This document shows positions 10,930 to 25,011 of a DNA stretch of 64,000 bases, piece after piece. The stretch comes from Azolla caroliniana. Its lineage: Eukaryota; Plantae; Polypodiophyta. The notes under the pieces are model-generated. The model saw nothing but the letters and a program-made list of their open reading frames with translations, was not told the DNA's origin and did no database searches. How positions within the stretch are numbered: the first letter of the stretch is position 1; every line of letters starts with the position of its first letter. The stretch lies in assembly GCA_043228905.1 (NCBI GenBank), contig JBHGNT010000006.1:7502001-7566000 (forward strand), written 5' to 3'. A program made the position numbers and the translations under genes.

Positions 10930-11900
10930 GTATATTCTAGACATAATGTTGTACGCCAAGAGCTAGATAGATTCTATTATCATCTTCGGAGGTCAAATAT
11001 GACCTATGAGACCAAAAATATAACATTTCCCGTGATACATGCGAAAGTGAGTAGCGACTCTCAATGTTCAAGAACTTTACCAATGAATATTGCAATCGAG
11101 AGTGCACGTTGTGTTTGTGAAAAATTCGTGCAAGGATTGGGCTCGATCGAAGATTTGTGGAAAGCATGGTCGAATATGATCAAAGGCAAAGCATTGTATC
11201 AAACTGTAATACTCATACTCTCAAACTTGTTTCAGGCAAAGTGTGCATAGTTGGTCACTCTCATCACTTGTGCCCCAACGCCCCGTCTCACGTCGCAATG
11301 CATGTGAGCTAAGTCACATGGAAGCAATGGTTTGAATGGCAAATAACTGGATGGGCTTCTAACATGTATTGATGTGTACGGTTTCCCCATTTTGTGAATA
11401 ATATGGTTTTGTAGTTAGGTGCAACATGAGTAGTAATAATCATGTGTGAAGCGTAAGCCTCCACATTTGTCCCATGACATGATTTCCATTCATAGTATTT
11501 AGCATATCGTTATTGTCCATAAGTTGTGATGAGATAAGATGACTAAGAAAGGGTCACTCTTTATGAAATTCCCATTCCTAGGAATGGGATGTCTAGAGCC
11601 TTAATTATTCGACGACAAATGTTATACTTTCTTTGAGTACCTAAGTAATCAAGGACATAATGTTGGGTCCTTGTGCCAAGCGTGTTGTGATCATGTGTTG
11701 TTAAGGGGTCACACATTGTCATGTAGGTTGTGGTCACCGAGTTGAATCACAATATTTTTTTCAATGAGAGATCGAATAAGTAAATGAGATGGTTAGACGA
11801 AAGAGCATTTGATTACGTGGAATAGATGTCGAAGATGATGAAGTGAAAACAAAATCCTTTTGCTATTTGTAACGATAACACTTTAATCATCCTAAGATTG
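10930..11900 (-). mobile_element. LINE ORF2 3' remnant (ETGRW-type C-terminus)
   Basis: Minus strand near 11310-11170 reads SHALRRETGRWGTSDESDQLCTLCLKQV*EYEYYSLIQC..DHIR, the SHxLxxETGR...CxxC...C motif of non-L1 LINE C-termini. DNA similarity to 46880-47140. Confidence 0.6.
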
Positions 11901-12779
11901 TAAGATGACTTACCTTACACTTATTGAACATATCAATTTAGACAACTTAAATGATAACATTTTAATCGTCTGGAGATTGTAAGATGACTTAAGTTACACC
12001 CCTCATATATGTGTAGGGAGAAATATTCAAACTCTCAATTGTTGTTTGATGGGTGAAAGCTCTTGTGATATGTTATTCCCCTTTCTTCGTTTTCCTTGCC
12101 ACGGGTAGCTCTTCCTTTTTCTCCCTCGTATTCTCTCCTATCGCTATCTTCTTCCTCTTCTTCACTTCACACTCTTGCTCCTTGATGATATCATTTGCAA
12201 CTTTAATTTATTCCTTGATTGATTGCTTTCTTCATTCTTCGTTGATTTACTCCTCCCTCCTTGAATGGTTTTTATAGATTATTCATGACCATCATTAGGG
12301 TGGTCGAGATGTTTTTAGGCTTCTCTAGAAGTTTTGAGAAGTTTCTAGGAATTTCTTTTAATAAGTATAAAAATGGCTATGTTCAAGTGTTTAGAACTTT
12401 CCTTTAAATTAAATATATAGGCCTATATTAATTCATAATTATGAAATTAGTATTCCTTTACTTATTAGGGAAATTCTTTCTTTTGAATTTACAAATATAG
12501 CTCAAATATACAAGATGTCACAACTCAATCTTTGAATGTTCGATTCACACATTGTTCACTCTAGTGAGCCCCTTATCGTGAACCCTAGCCATTATTGCCG
12601 ATATTCCACCAAATTCACCTTGTGAAGTGGGAGCTTTGTGACATCGTGTGCTCAGTGATGTTGAGTGTTTGTTAACATTCCACATAGCAACAAGGTAGGG
12701 CAACAAACATACATATCACTTATGTTTGTTCCACGTATTATTCATCAAGAGGCCACTCACATGTCACATCACTTGTCTC

Positions 12780-13720
12780 TATTTTTTTACATTCCATGTA
12801 CCTGTTTTAGACATAAAACCCACTTGGACTAGTCCCATGATGGATCAATTGCAGAAAGTTACTTTCTTTCAATACACTATGAAATTTGGTAGGACCTTAC
12901 TCATGTCTAAGAATATTCCAACTCCTGCAACTCAAAAGCATTGGAATAAGTGTGTTTCAAGCATTCATTTGAAGGTTTATTGGAAATGGATTTGGTCTTT
13001 CAGGCGACCAACAAAATATATTCTCTTCAGATGGCTTTTACTACATGCAACACTACCATTAGGTCAGTCATTGAAAGGAAATGTGGAAACCATTCTTAGA
13101 CAATGTTGTTATTGCGACGACTTGCAGGAAACTACCAAGCATGCTCTTTGGTTTTGTTCACTAGCCCAACATGTATGGAATAAAGTTATTTCTTTATGCC
13201 TGACGATTAATGCAAGTTGTCTCTTCTCCTAAGGATCAACGGTATGGGGGGTTCTCATTCTAGTCTTTTGTTGTATGAGGCAAATGATGCCCCAAAGGCT
13301 ATGACAGTCATCAATAGGCATCTAATTTCTGTCTCCCCTTTTCAGCAACCTCGCAAGCAAATGTGTGCAACCCATGTATGGAAAACAATATCTATGGTTA
13401 CATTATGGATCTTATGGAAGTATTGTTGTAAAAGACGATATGATTCCATAATTCCTCTTCTCTTAGATATATTGCCGGAATTATGGGAGAGCTTACTAGC
13501 GTAGTGCATGGGCAATATGACAATATGTCAGGCTCTTCGAAGGTTATTCTTAAGAAAAGGAAAAAATTACTGCAGTTATGGAGGAAGTTGCATTTGTTCA
13601 CGGTCTCCTCTGAAGGTCCAATCTGGAAATATCATCACCCCTTGGCCCTTGCCCTAATCATCTTTTTTGTATATAACACTCTCTGATTGTACATTTTGTA
13701 GCCTTCCGACACTTTTTCTT
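12780..13720 (+). mobile_element. L1-type LINE 3' fragment (zf-RVT), frameshifted
   Basis: YWKWIWSFRRPTKYILFRWLLLH...CCYCD..ETTKHALWFC..AQHVW, then LWILWKYCC...GQYD...W...GPIWKY, paralleling the C-terminus of 49651-51447. Confidence 0.8.
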
Positions 13721-14889
13721 AATACTAATGAAGGAAATCTTTTTGAAAAAGAAGAAGATATAAAACCCACTCCCATGATGGTGTGTTCTTTCCTTATACT
13801 CCGGAAATTAGTTGATCCTATTGTTTTTGTTCCATTAGTTCGTCTATAGTCTAGTAGATTTTCACACATACATGTTACAAAATGCTTTGATTCCGTTGGG
13901 TTTCGGTGACTCTTGGTCGGTCCGATAACAACATAGAAATGATTCAAGAGAAACTCTGAACAATTAGAAGGGGTGGATAACATATTTTGTTAAGAGGAAG
14001 TATATACATACTTAATCTCCTTCTCCTTCTTCCTCATCTCATTATTCTCTCTTTGTCTGCCTGTCTCTCTCTTAGAGAGTGTGCAGTCTGCGAAAACAGG
14101 TTTTTGCACCTCTCTCTCTCTCTCGTTGGTTTTTCTTTGGTGTCTGTCTGTGCGAAATTCGATAGCTTTGTTATGAAATTTCAAGACTTTTCCAGTTCAT
14201 CAGGTTCGTGGTAACGTAGAGCTCTGTTCAGTGTACAAATTTAAAGCTTTTGTTGAGCTTATCAAGTGTGTGTCTTCTTTCATCTCCTATCTTTCTATGT
14301 TGAAATTGACAGATTTGTACAATTTACCAGGTTTTCGCGTTTTCCTCCTTCTCATCTTCCTCCTCTTTCTTTCTTTCTTTCAAGTTTCTATGTGGAACTC
14401 TAGAGATTTGTTCAGTTCATCAGGTCATCATTTATTACTTCTTCATTTTTCTTTCTTTCTATCGTAAAACCTAAAGCTCTGATAAGTTTATCATGTGGAT
14501 TTCTATTTCTTCTTCTTCTTATGTGTTTCTGTGTTGAAACCTTAAGTTTGATCAGTTTATCAAGTTTAAGTCTCTTTCTGTGGAAATCTAAAGCTTCGAT
14601 AAATTTATGAGGTTTATCTATCGTCTTCTTCATCTTCTCTTATTTTCGAGATTTCTGTTAAAAATAACAAAATCCTGGAGAAACTCATAGAACTATCCAC
14701 TAAGTTAATTTGTGATATTTTCTCCATAAATTTATTAATTCATGCATGTGAAGGAAGTTTGGCCGACTAGTGAAGAAACATTGCCCTGAATACTGCATTC
14801 AAATAGTATAAAGTGGTTTTCTTTATAGCTTCTTGTGTCAAGATATTTTAGGTTCTTTTCTGTCATAAAAGAAAGTGTAAGGTTTACAG

Positions 14890-15170
14890 TACAACAAAGA
14901 TTTTTTTTAAGAAAAGAATGTAAACTCCAATTCGTTGAATTAGTTTGATTGCATATGAAAATGAGATCTTCAATAGATTGTTTGTAATAGTTGCGACTGT
15001 AAGTTTTTATTTATTCATTCATATTCTTTTGGATTTATAACAAGTTTTTTTTTAAGAAAAGAAAGTAAAATCCAATTATTTGGATTAATTTGATTGCATA
15101 TGAAAACGAGATCTTCAGATGATTGTTTGAAATAGTTGCCTCAGTATGATTTTATGTATTTATTCGTATT
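14890..15170. repeat. ~145-bp tandem duplication in the putative 5'-UTR intron of the Rieske gene
   Basis: ttttttttaagaaaagaa.gtaaa.tccaatt...ttgattgcatatgaaaa.gagatcttca twice (~14900, ~15045). Confidence 0.75.
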
Positions 15171-15627
15171 TTTCTAATGCCCAGTTTTTTTGAATTAGGT
15201 TACCATTTATAGCTCTTGTTCAGTTTTATTGGTGTTACTACTTAAATCATTCACGAGGGTTATGCATATGCATTTGACAAACCAATATAGAAAATGCGTT
15301 TTATGCTTGAGATGCTATGTTTTCTAGATGATGATACCTTGACCGAATAATCTGGATTTGTGAGAGTAATGACTAATTATGACGTTCCCATTAAGTATTA
15401 AGCAAATTTTTGGGAATAAATAGATGATGGCAGATGAGTTTCTCTCTATTGACAGCAAATACAAACGCAGACCATCATGAATAGAAGCTTCTTCTCTTTA
15501 TCTGTATCATTTAGGATTTAGAAGATTATATGAGTCCAAATATGCTTGTACTCATATACATTGTAATAATGATTCATATTTTTGATAGGGGCAATGTTGA
15601 TTGCTATTTTTATACAGGTCTGTGACG

Positions 15628-18600
15628 ATGATAAGGGGTGTGGGTAGAAAGGTTTCTTCACTTTCTCGCATATTTACAACCAAGGTTGGCTATTCCTTCC
15701 CAGTGGACAATGGGATGTATTTAAGAGGTATCGACTTTGGAAGGATCAATGCTCCTGCGGGTTTGGCAACTTGGAGATACCCAATCAATAGAGGTTACTT
15801 TTGGTCTTCTTCATCTCAGAGCAGTATTTTTGGTGTTCTTGTTTCTTTATACATATATATAGTGTGTGTATATGAAGAAATTATCCTAGGCTTTGGTTAG
15901 TAATGCTTAAATAAACCTGGAGGTATAAGTTCAAAACGTTTTTTATTATCTTGGATCACGGAGAGAGAGAGAGAGAGATCTAATCCTCTTGATTTCTAAC
16001 AACCACAAAAGCTACTACATGGTCTCCTATGATACATCATCCATACATGGATTAAAAGCTCTGAAACCTGAAATTGGAATGATAAAGTACAAGATACTCC
16101 TTATTGCAGCATACAAACATGGCTGTTCACATAATCAAAAAACGTCTTTCTTTGCTTGACATAGTTTGGTGAGTATTACACCATCTAGGTTCTATGGAGA
16201 CCGATTTTGGAAGTAATTAAAATGGTCTCCAACAACCACAAAAGCTACATGTGCTCCTATGATATATCATCCATACATAGATAAAAATCTCTGAAACCTG
16301 AAATTGGAATGATAAAATACAAGATACTCATTATAGCGGTATACAAACATGGCTGTTGACATAATCTCAAAATGACTTTCATTGCTTGACATAGTTTGGT
16401 GAGTATTCCATTACCTATGGTCTATGGGGACCGATTTTGGAAGTAATTAACAATGTTCTAGACATAAGCTCAAAACTTCTGTTTTTGGAAGTAGGTGGAG
16501 GTACAAGTTCAGAACATATTATTATTATTGGTTTGGGAGCAGCCAGTGGAACGTCGACCACTGGGGGTGGTGAAATGGAACTAACAGGTAGGGATTTGTC
16601 AGTATGCTGAAGGTTGTCAAGGTGGTTGTGACCATACACTGTGACTGACCTTGTGGCATGTGCTGCCAATGTATCAATGAAAAAGCTGCTATTGCTCAAA
16701 TCAGTGGATGACAAAGAGGTCACTGTCATGGCCGTTGTGGCTGCCCATACTTAGTGCACTTCTGGCTTTCTGTGGCAGTGGTTCCTTGATATTCAGCCAT
16801 TTCATCGTGTGAACCTCGCCTGGATTGTGGGGGAGACAGAGAATGGTCAATCTCGACGTGTGGCATCCACTGCCTAGTATGTCTAGTTAACTACTTCTTC
16901 CTGGTATGCAGTGATGGTTCCACATAATATTATAAAGCTTGATATGCAGCAGGCTCAATACTGAGAAAGAAGCATGTCACTTCAGGGAATAAGGCATCTG
17001 GTTCAACCCTCATTCAGTATATGCCTTGGTGCTTGCCAAGTATAGTTGTCTCTCACCATTCCTCCCATTGACTACTTCATCAGCTGGTTGTTTAAGTGAT
17101 GGTAGTGGAGATGGGATTGACCCTGGTTATGATTTACAGTGAGTCAATTCACAAAGCTTTGGAATGTCTGAGGGTGCCAAGTTGTTAGAAGCCGAATGGG
17201 TGTGTATGGAAGCAGCAAATGCCTGTAAGAAGAGCTTAATGAAGGATGTAAATACAGAGAACCATGGTAGTTCTCTGAGAATGAAAAATAATAGCAGGTT
17301 GTGAATTGATTATTGTGTGTTGGCCACATCTGTTTTTTATAGAGTGGGATCCCACATGAATGGAAGTTGGATTAAAACGTCCATCTAGCCAAGCTTAGTG
17401 TAAATACAAATTTTAAATCTTTTTAAAATTACAATCCTTTTTACAGAAACTACCCTGGGTCATGATTCTGTTCAGGCGGTGCTAGGTGGTCAATCATTGT
17501 TGGCTAAGATCAGAATGGAGGAAAAGGGATTTTGCTGAGCATTATGCCGGAGCATGTTCGGAAGACCAGAACTGGCATTCCTTGTTGAATGCCCTCTGCA
17601 TTGTGTAGTCGGTGCCAATCAATGGAAGCCTTCCTTCCCTTTTAGAGGATCCCAAGCATGATTATTATGTGCAGCTGATCCTCCTTGAGCCAGAGTAACT
17701 ACACTTTGTGCTCCAGTAAGGATGCATCCTCGTCCAAGCGTTACATGACCTGGCCTGGATTTGAAGGCTGGTTACTTGATACTCAAATGGCATGCCATGT
17801 TTTTTTAACATTCAGCAGTGGATGTACAAATCCTGTAATATAAATCCACATGCGTATAGGATAGAAAAGTAAGGCCATGGCAGGGTGTCTCCGATGAATT
17901 TGATGTGTTTGGTGCCAGTTTAGACCACCTGCAACATTTGGCACTCTGCGTTAAATTATACCATGTCAATCACCTTAGCCTCAACCCAATAAAGTGTCCC
18001 TTCAGCGTTTCAAGTAGTATGCTACTCCAGCAAATAATAAGGACAACATCCATCCGTATCTCGGCAAAGTAAAGGCCATTCTGGAGGTGCCTGCCAGACA
18101 AATATATGGATGCTCTGGTATTTGGCATAATAGGAGATAGTAAAGAGGTACTTTTGGAATTATATCAGTTAGCCTCCCTGTTGAAATATAAATTGATTCC
18201 TTTTAGAGACGAGGAAAAGCTGAGAAGGCTTCTTACCTATATTCTCTCACACATTCTTCCGTTTTCCAACCACTTAATTCTAAGTGGCTTATGCATGAGG
18301 CTCACAACAATAGCCTGAACTCAAAAAGAGATAGTTGAGATTTAAAAAGGGAGGCTAAATGTAATTATTCCAAAGGTGTCTCTTTACTATTTCCTATTAT
18401 TCATATTACATGACCTTACTCTTCTTTCCTATACTCAAATGGATCTACATCAATGATTTGCATGTCTCTTGCCTGATGGTTAACAACAAGGATCTGACAT
18501 ACTTCAAGTTTCAATGACTAGCTAACCATAACCATGTTCCCAAAAAGAGAGTTGCGATCCCCCCCCCACCATGTAATTTTGGTCCTCTCCTACACTTATG

Positions 18601-21600
18601 AAGAGATCAAAGATTGCTGGTGAGAAGAGGGGCAAAACTGGTTTGATCATTTAGTGTTTGAAGAGTTTTTTTGTTATTATATAGTAGTCTTGATTCTTTA
18701 AAACATATCTTTGTGGATCCCCAAGTCTTGCAACCTTTTATGAGTCTAGATGGGGGTCCTATGTCATAGCTTTGTGGATAGATCCTCTTCTCCCATTCCC
18801 TAATCTCCTCACCGATGATGATGGGGATACCAGATGAAGCTAGGAGTAGGTTTGTTGGTGAGTAAGCTTTTTTAGCTGTATTTTTATAGAAAAATGAGAA
18901 GGCACATTTGTTCAATAATATACATTGGTATGTCACAACAAGACGGAGAAAAATACAGAGATCGCTCACATGAGGAGAAAGTTCCTCTTTATAAAGGCCA
19001 AGATCTGGCTGTTGGGCTAACTAGCCGTTCTAACTTTTAATCATTCTCAACACTCCCCCTCAAGATGGGTGAAAAATATCTACTAAGCCCATCTTTTCAC
19101 ACAATCTAGTAAGACTTACTTGCCCAAGTCCCTTTTGTAAGAAGACAATCTGCTACTTGATGTTCCGTAGAAACATGACTCAATTTTAATATTCCATTAC
19201 CAAGCTTCTCCTTGATAAAGAATCTGTCTATTTTGATGTGCTTGGTCCTATCATGCTGTACCGGATTGTTGGCAATGCTGATTGCTAACTTATTGTCACA
19301 CCACAGCATCATCTGATTTTTTTGATTCACCTTTAGTTCCACTAGGAGAGTTCTTCACCATAACATCTCCGCAACTCCTACAGAAATAGCTCTATACTCT
19401 GCTTTGTCTGTTGACCTTGCTACTATTGACTGTTTCTTACTCTTCCAAGAGACCAGATTGCCCCCAACAAACATGCAGTATCCTGATGTGGATTTCCTAT
19501 CATCAACACAACTGGTTCAATCAGAATCACAATAGCCCTCAATGTTAAACTGACCATGTTTTCTAAAGATCAATCCCTTCCCCGGGGCACCTTTGAGATA
19601 TCTCAGAATATGGTACACTGCATCCATATGATCTTTCCTCGGATCATGCATGTAACGACTTACCACACTTATTGCAAATGAAATATTTGGATGGGTGTGA
19701 GTCAAATAAATTGGCCGACCTACCAATCTTTGATACCTTTCACGATCAATTTTCTCTCCTGCAAGTTCAGTTAGCTTGATCTTTTGGTCGATTGGAGAAG
19801 CTACGGGCCTAGACCCAACATTCCAGTTTTTGTGAGAAGATCTAATACATATTTTCGCTGAGATAGAACAACTCATGCTGCTCCACGAGCTACCTCAATT
19901 CCAAGAAAGTATCGTAGCAATCCTAGATCCTTCACGTCAAACTCTTTACCCAATTTCATCTTCAGTTGCGCAATTTCTCCTTCATCGTTACCCGTGATAA
20001 TTATATCATCCACATACACAACAAGTAATGTAGTATGCTACTTGTGTTGTTGAAAAAACACTGTATGGTTTGCATTTGTCTGTTGGTATCCCATACCCAC
20101 CATAGCCCTTCTTAGCCTGTCGAACTAGGCGCGAGGAGATTGCGTTAGTCCATAAAGTGACTTCCTTAGTCTGCAAACCTTACCTACTGTTTGAATTGTA
20201 CCAAAACCTGGGGGACCATCCATGTACACTTCCTCCATTAACTCTCCATGAAGGAATGCATTTTTTACATCTAATTGATGTAATTTCCAATCCTTATTCA
20301 CTGCTAAGGAAATAAGCGTTCTAACAGTGCTCATCTTCACCACAAGTGCAAAAGTCTCATCGTAGTCAATGCCATATGTCTAACTATATCTTTTAGCCAC
20401 CAATCGTGCCTTGTATCGATCTATTTTTCCCTCTGGGGTCTGTTTTTATTGTAAACACCCATTTGCACCCAACCGCCTTCTTTCCTAGTGGTAGTGACAC
20501 AATCTCCCAAGTTTTGTTCTTCTCAAGAGCTCCGAGTTCTTCTTGCATGGCTGCTTTCCTTTTTGGATCTTCTTTAACAACCTACCAACGCTTGGGTAAA
20601 GTGACAGAGTCTAATGATGCAATGAATGCTCTATGTGTAGCTGATATGTTACAATAAGAGATAAACTGAGCAATATCATGAGGAAAACCATAACGATAAG
20701 GAGAAACTCCTGCATTACTGCGAGAGGTCCTCCTCACCTCTATAGGAGAAGGAGAGGAATTCATATCACCTGTGATTTCTAGGTTTGGGAGTTCTATAGG
20801 TATTTTAGAAGTCGAGGCAGGTTGGGATATGGAACTTGATGGCACAAGTGGCACTGAAGACGTTTTCATATTTCCTTCTTTCTGCCTCCTCTTCCTTGTA
20901 TACACCTTTAGCTCCCCCTCACCTTGAGTCCCAACACATATAGGTTCCTCGTCTTCTTTTCCTTCTTCTTCCTTATCTCCTACACTCACTTGTTTCTCAG
21001 CTGATGTAGGGATCAACAAAGGAATTGATCCTATTTTTAGCAACCTCTCACCATTATCTCCTTCCCTCATATTTTCAGTCTCAATTAAGTCATCAAAGGG
21101 TGAAGTTACCTCTTGTTTATAATATGGCTTTGACTCTCTGAAATGCACATCCATGCTCACAAATAATCTCTTCTCTACTGGACTCCAGCAAACATAGCCT
21201 TTTTGTGTGGCAAAGTATCCCACAAATACACATTTCACAGCTCTAGGATCAAGTTTTCCTACAGATGGTCTATTGTCCTTTACAAAACACACACATCCGA
21301 ACACCTTCAAAGGAAGGATTCCAGAGTTATTGCCTTGCAACAACTCACATGGAGACTTCCACTCCAATACTCTAGAGGGCATTCTATTGATCAATGTGGC
21401 AGCCGTCAAATTTGCCTGTCCCCACAAATGCTTTGGGACATTCATAGAAATCATCATGCTTCTTGTTACCTCTAGAAGATGTCTATTCTTCCTCTTTGCT
21501 ACTCCATTTTGTTTTGGTGTATATGGGCATGTAGTTTGATGTTGTATTCCTTGATCTAAGAGGTATGCCCTAAATGTGATGTTAGCATACTCTGTTCCAT

Positions 21601-24600
21601 TATCAGACCTCAACACTTTTACTATTGCACCATATTGAGTTTGAACTGCTCTATGAAAATCTTTAAAACAAGCAAATACTTCATTCTTATTCCTCATCAA
21701 ATATAACCAAGTCACATGAGAGAAGCGGTCAATGAAAGAGACAAAATCGATATCCATTAATATAATTTGTGGAACATGGTTCCCAAACATCGAAGTGTAT
21801 TACGTCAAATGCATGGGAACTCCAATGACCTGAACTAGCATATGAGCTTTTAGTAAGCTTACCAAATTCACATGCATCACAAACAAGTTTTGTTTTATCA
21901 GCCTTTTCAAAAAGGTGTGAATACACCCGACTCAAAACGCCATACGTTGGTGGTAAAGTATCAACAACTCCTCATAACTCATTTTAGATCCCCTTACATC
22001 TGTTCCTTCTGCCATAGATGCTAATGCATGATAGAACTTATGGATAATAGGTTTACTGGGAAAGAAGGAGCATGCAAAACATTAGACAATGTCACAGAGT
22101 TGGTACATTTTACTGTACCTATACCCAATACAGGTTGTGTTGTACCGTCAGCCATTTGAATGCTCTCTGGCATTGCTAAGTGAGTATATGAGGAGAATTC
22201 ACTAGCACTAGAATCAATTATCCATTCTGGTGTAGAGGCAAGAGTATTTGTGTTGTTAGTAGTTGTGGCCGAATAAGCATAGGTGGCAATGTTACCTCTT
22301 GACACGAATGAAGTATCATCTGAGGCTCTTTGCTTCCTCAAGTATTTCCAAGAGAGCTTGATCCTCTTCGGTGAACACCACCTTAGTTCCTTCCTCTTCT
22401 TTTGCTACCATTAGGTCTGCTTGGTGACCTCTTCTTCCACCACTTCGGCACCCTCGACCACGACCTCTAGTTTGTCCACGTCCTCTTCGGTGAACACCGC
22501 CTTAGTTCCTTCCTCTTCTTTTGCTACCATCAGGTCTGCTTGGTGACCTCCTCTTCCACCACTTCGGCACCCTCGACCATGACCTCTAGTTTGTCCACGT
22601 CCTCCAAGATGGTTTAGGGCAAGCATTCTTTAAATGACCAGCTTCACCACAATTGTAGCATTTTCGATTTTCACTTCCGCTTGAATTTGACACCATTAGT
22701 GCCGATCGTACCCCTAGAAGTCCGGTAGTGTTAGAGAGTAGCTTCATTCTACTCTCCTCTTGTATCATAGTCACAATTGCCTCATCAAGTGTGGGAATTT
22801 CAACCTTGGCTAGAAGAACGGCCCTTCTTTGATCAAATGACGGGTTGAGATGTTTCAAAAATTGCATGGTTCTTCTTTGAGCAGAAATTTCCTTGCTCTT
22901 ACATTGAGGATCATTGCACACTGTCACAGGCGAGAAATGATCATATTCTGCCCATAGACGCTCCAGCTCTATGGCATATTCCTGAATCATCCTATCTCCC
23001 TGCCAGGCGGCATCTATCTCATGCTCGATTTGAAATACTCTCATGTTATTTCCCCTCCCAGCATACATCTTTTGCAATTTTTCCCAAATCTCCTTCACAC
23101 ATAAAATTCCATCAACAGTTGTGGCGATCGATGGAACCATGAAGTTGAGAAGCCACGTGTACAAAGACATGTGGGTAGCTCTCCATGCTTTCCATTCATT
23201 GCTCGTTTTGACAGGAAGTTCGTTCTCTTCTCTTGTTACGTAGCCATCAAGGCTTCCCTGCCAAGGCACCTATAATCCGACGTGACCAGCTCAAGTATGT
23301 GGCTGGTCCATCGAGTTTGAACTCAATTGGGAGGAGTTCACGTCAAGGTGGTAGTTACAATCTCTAGATGCTACAATCTCAGCCTGCTTCATGTATTTCA
23401 CCAATGTTTTCACCTCATCCTCGTTCAATTTTGAGAACACCTCATCCATCTTCTCAACTTAGCCTATCTCTGCTCTCCTCTTCTGATTTCTTTTCTCAAG
23501 TCGCTTCTCAATCACATAGCAATGTCATCCCCAAAGGAAAAAATCCCCCTTTCCTCTGTTGGATGCTAGGACAGTGCTGTTCCAATCGCTGTCATACCAG
23601 CAGAAGGGTGGATCTAGGATTTTGCAGAGGGCTGATCTAGGGTTTTGTAGAGGGGCAGATCTATGCTCTGCTACCATATAGAAAAATGAGAAGGCACATT
23701 TGTTCAATAATATTCATTGTTATGTCACAACAGGAGGGAGAAAAATACAAAGATCGCCCATATTTACAGGAGGAGAAAGTTCCTCTTTATAAAGGCCAAG
23801 ATCTGGCTGTTGGGCTAACTAACCGTTGGGCTAGCTGTTATAACTTTTAATCATTCTCAACAATTTTGAACAAACCCATTGCCAAAATATATGAAGACAA
23901 GTCAAGCCGTCTTCATATGACACATGCTCCTCCTCCCATGTCCTGGAGATATAGAGCCCCTCTATATAGTAATGGAAACTAATTGTGTTTGTTCCATGCA
24001 CAATTGGATCCGATGAATTGAGCTAATGCCTCTTGATGTATCAGGGGAATCTCTATGCATCTAGTGCTGAATGGACCTCAGCTCAGTGGAAAGGTTAGGT
24101 TGATTTAAAATATGTTAAGATGTCAAGTTTATCTTAATTACCTGGATTAAGATGATTGCCTTATGATGTGGTTCAAGGTTGAGAGGCCATGTCTGAAGTA
24201 TGCATGGTATCTAGTTCTCTCTGACTGGTATAGCTTGGCACAATGATTCAAACCATAACTGTTTGTAATCTCTTGCCAGCATCTAATCTCCAACAATATG
24301 ATTGCATTTTTCCCTGTAAGGTTTTTTTATATTTTGCTCTGGTTACTATATAGATGTGCTTATTCTAAAACATATTCGTAATGTGTAGCTTTCTCTAGTG
24401 AGGTTGTGGCAAATGCCCCAGGAGCATCTGCTGTTGGTGTCTTGAAGGGTCCAGACTCCAACATTGTATATGATGAATCAGTTCATGAACGATATCCTCC
24501 CGGCGACCCAAGCAAGCAAGCATTCACGTACTTTGTGATGACTGGAGGAAGATTTATCTATGCATCGATGATCCGTTTGGCTATCCTAAAGTTCATCCTA

Positions 24601-25011
24601 AGTATGTCAGCTAGCAAGGATGTTTTAGCTCTTGCATCGTTAGAGGTTGATCTTAGCAACATAGCACCTGGGTCAACAGTCACAGTGAAATGGCGAGGCA
24701 AACCAGTTTTTATTCGTCATCGCACTGATGATGATATTAAATCTGCAAATACTGTGTCCCTTAGTGAGCTGAGGGATCCTCAATCAGATTCAGATAGAGT
24801 AATTAACCCTGAATGGCTGGTTGTAGTTGGAGTTTGCACTCATCTTGGTTGTGTTCCTTTGCCTAATGCTGGAGAGTATGGAGGTTGGTTTTGCCCTTGT
24901 CATGGTTCTCATTATGATATATCTGGTAGAGTGAGGAAAGGACCTGCCCCATACAACCTTGAGGTTCCGACATACAAGTTCTTAGATGATCAGAAATTGC
25001 TCGTTGGTTGA
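15628..25011 (+). CDS. UCR1: Cytochrome bc1 complex Rieske iron-sulfur subunit, mitochondrial (~262 aa)
   Basis: Exon 15628-15793: presequence [14 protein letters not shown]...PINR, acceptor tacAG at 15617, donor G|GT at 15794. Exon 24389-25011: acceptor tgtAG; FSSEV...[34 protein letters not shown] and CPCHGS Rieske boxes, GPAPYNL. Phases match. A non-coding exon probably lies near 14050-14210. Confidence 0.95.
15998..16455. repeat. ~233-bp tandem duplication
   Basis: aacaaccacaaaagctac...ctctgaaacctgaaattggaatgataa...gaccgattttggaagtaattaa at 15998 and 16231. Confidence 0.9.
17750..18250 (+). mobile_element. Highly degraded Gypsy RT remnant
   Basis: Broken frames reading VFG...HLQHL...[14 protein letters not shown], typical of the region after the RT YxDD motif in Gypsy. 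Confidence 0.4.
18885..23862 (-). mobile_element. Full-length Ty1/Copia LTR retrotransposon (~4.98 kb, Ale/Retrofit-like), coding region disrupted, in the Rieske intron
   Basis: 5' LTR 23862-23677 and 3' LTR 19052-18885; TSD ATTTT at 18880-18884 and 23863-23867; PBS TGGTAGCAGAGC (23676-23665); PPT gaggggggag (~19061-19053). Domains: gag with [14 protein letters not shown], protease WIIDS, integrase [36 protein letters not shown], RNase [12 protein letters not shown]. Confidence 0.97.
22362..22599. repeat. 119-bp tandem duplication inside Copia gag-protease linker
   Basis: Units 22362-22480 and 22481-22599 are nearly identical, with tcctc microhomology at the junction; frameshifting. Confidence 0.92.

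Noticed and set aside
24406-25011. Intronless or organelle-derived Rieske gene starting at GTG 24406
   Set aside because: It is the last exon of a spliced nuclear gene; the presequence exon is at 15628-15793 with matching phase
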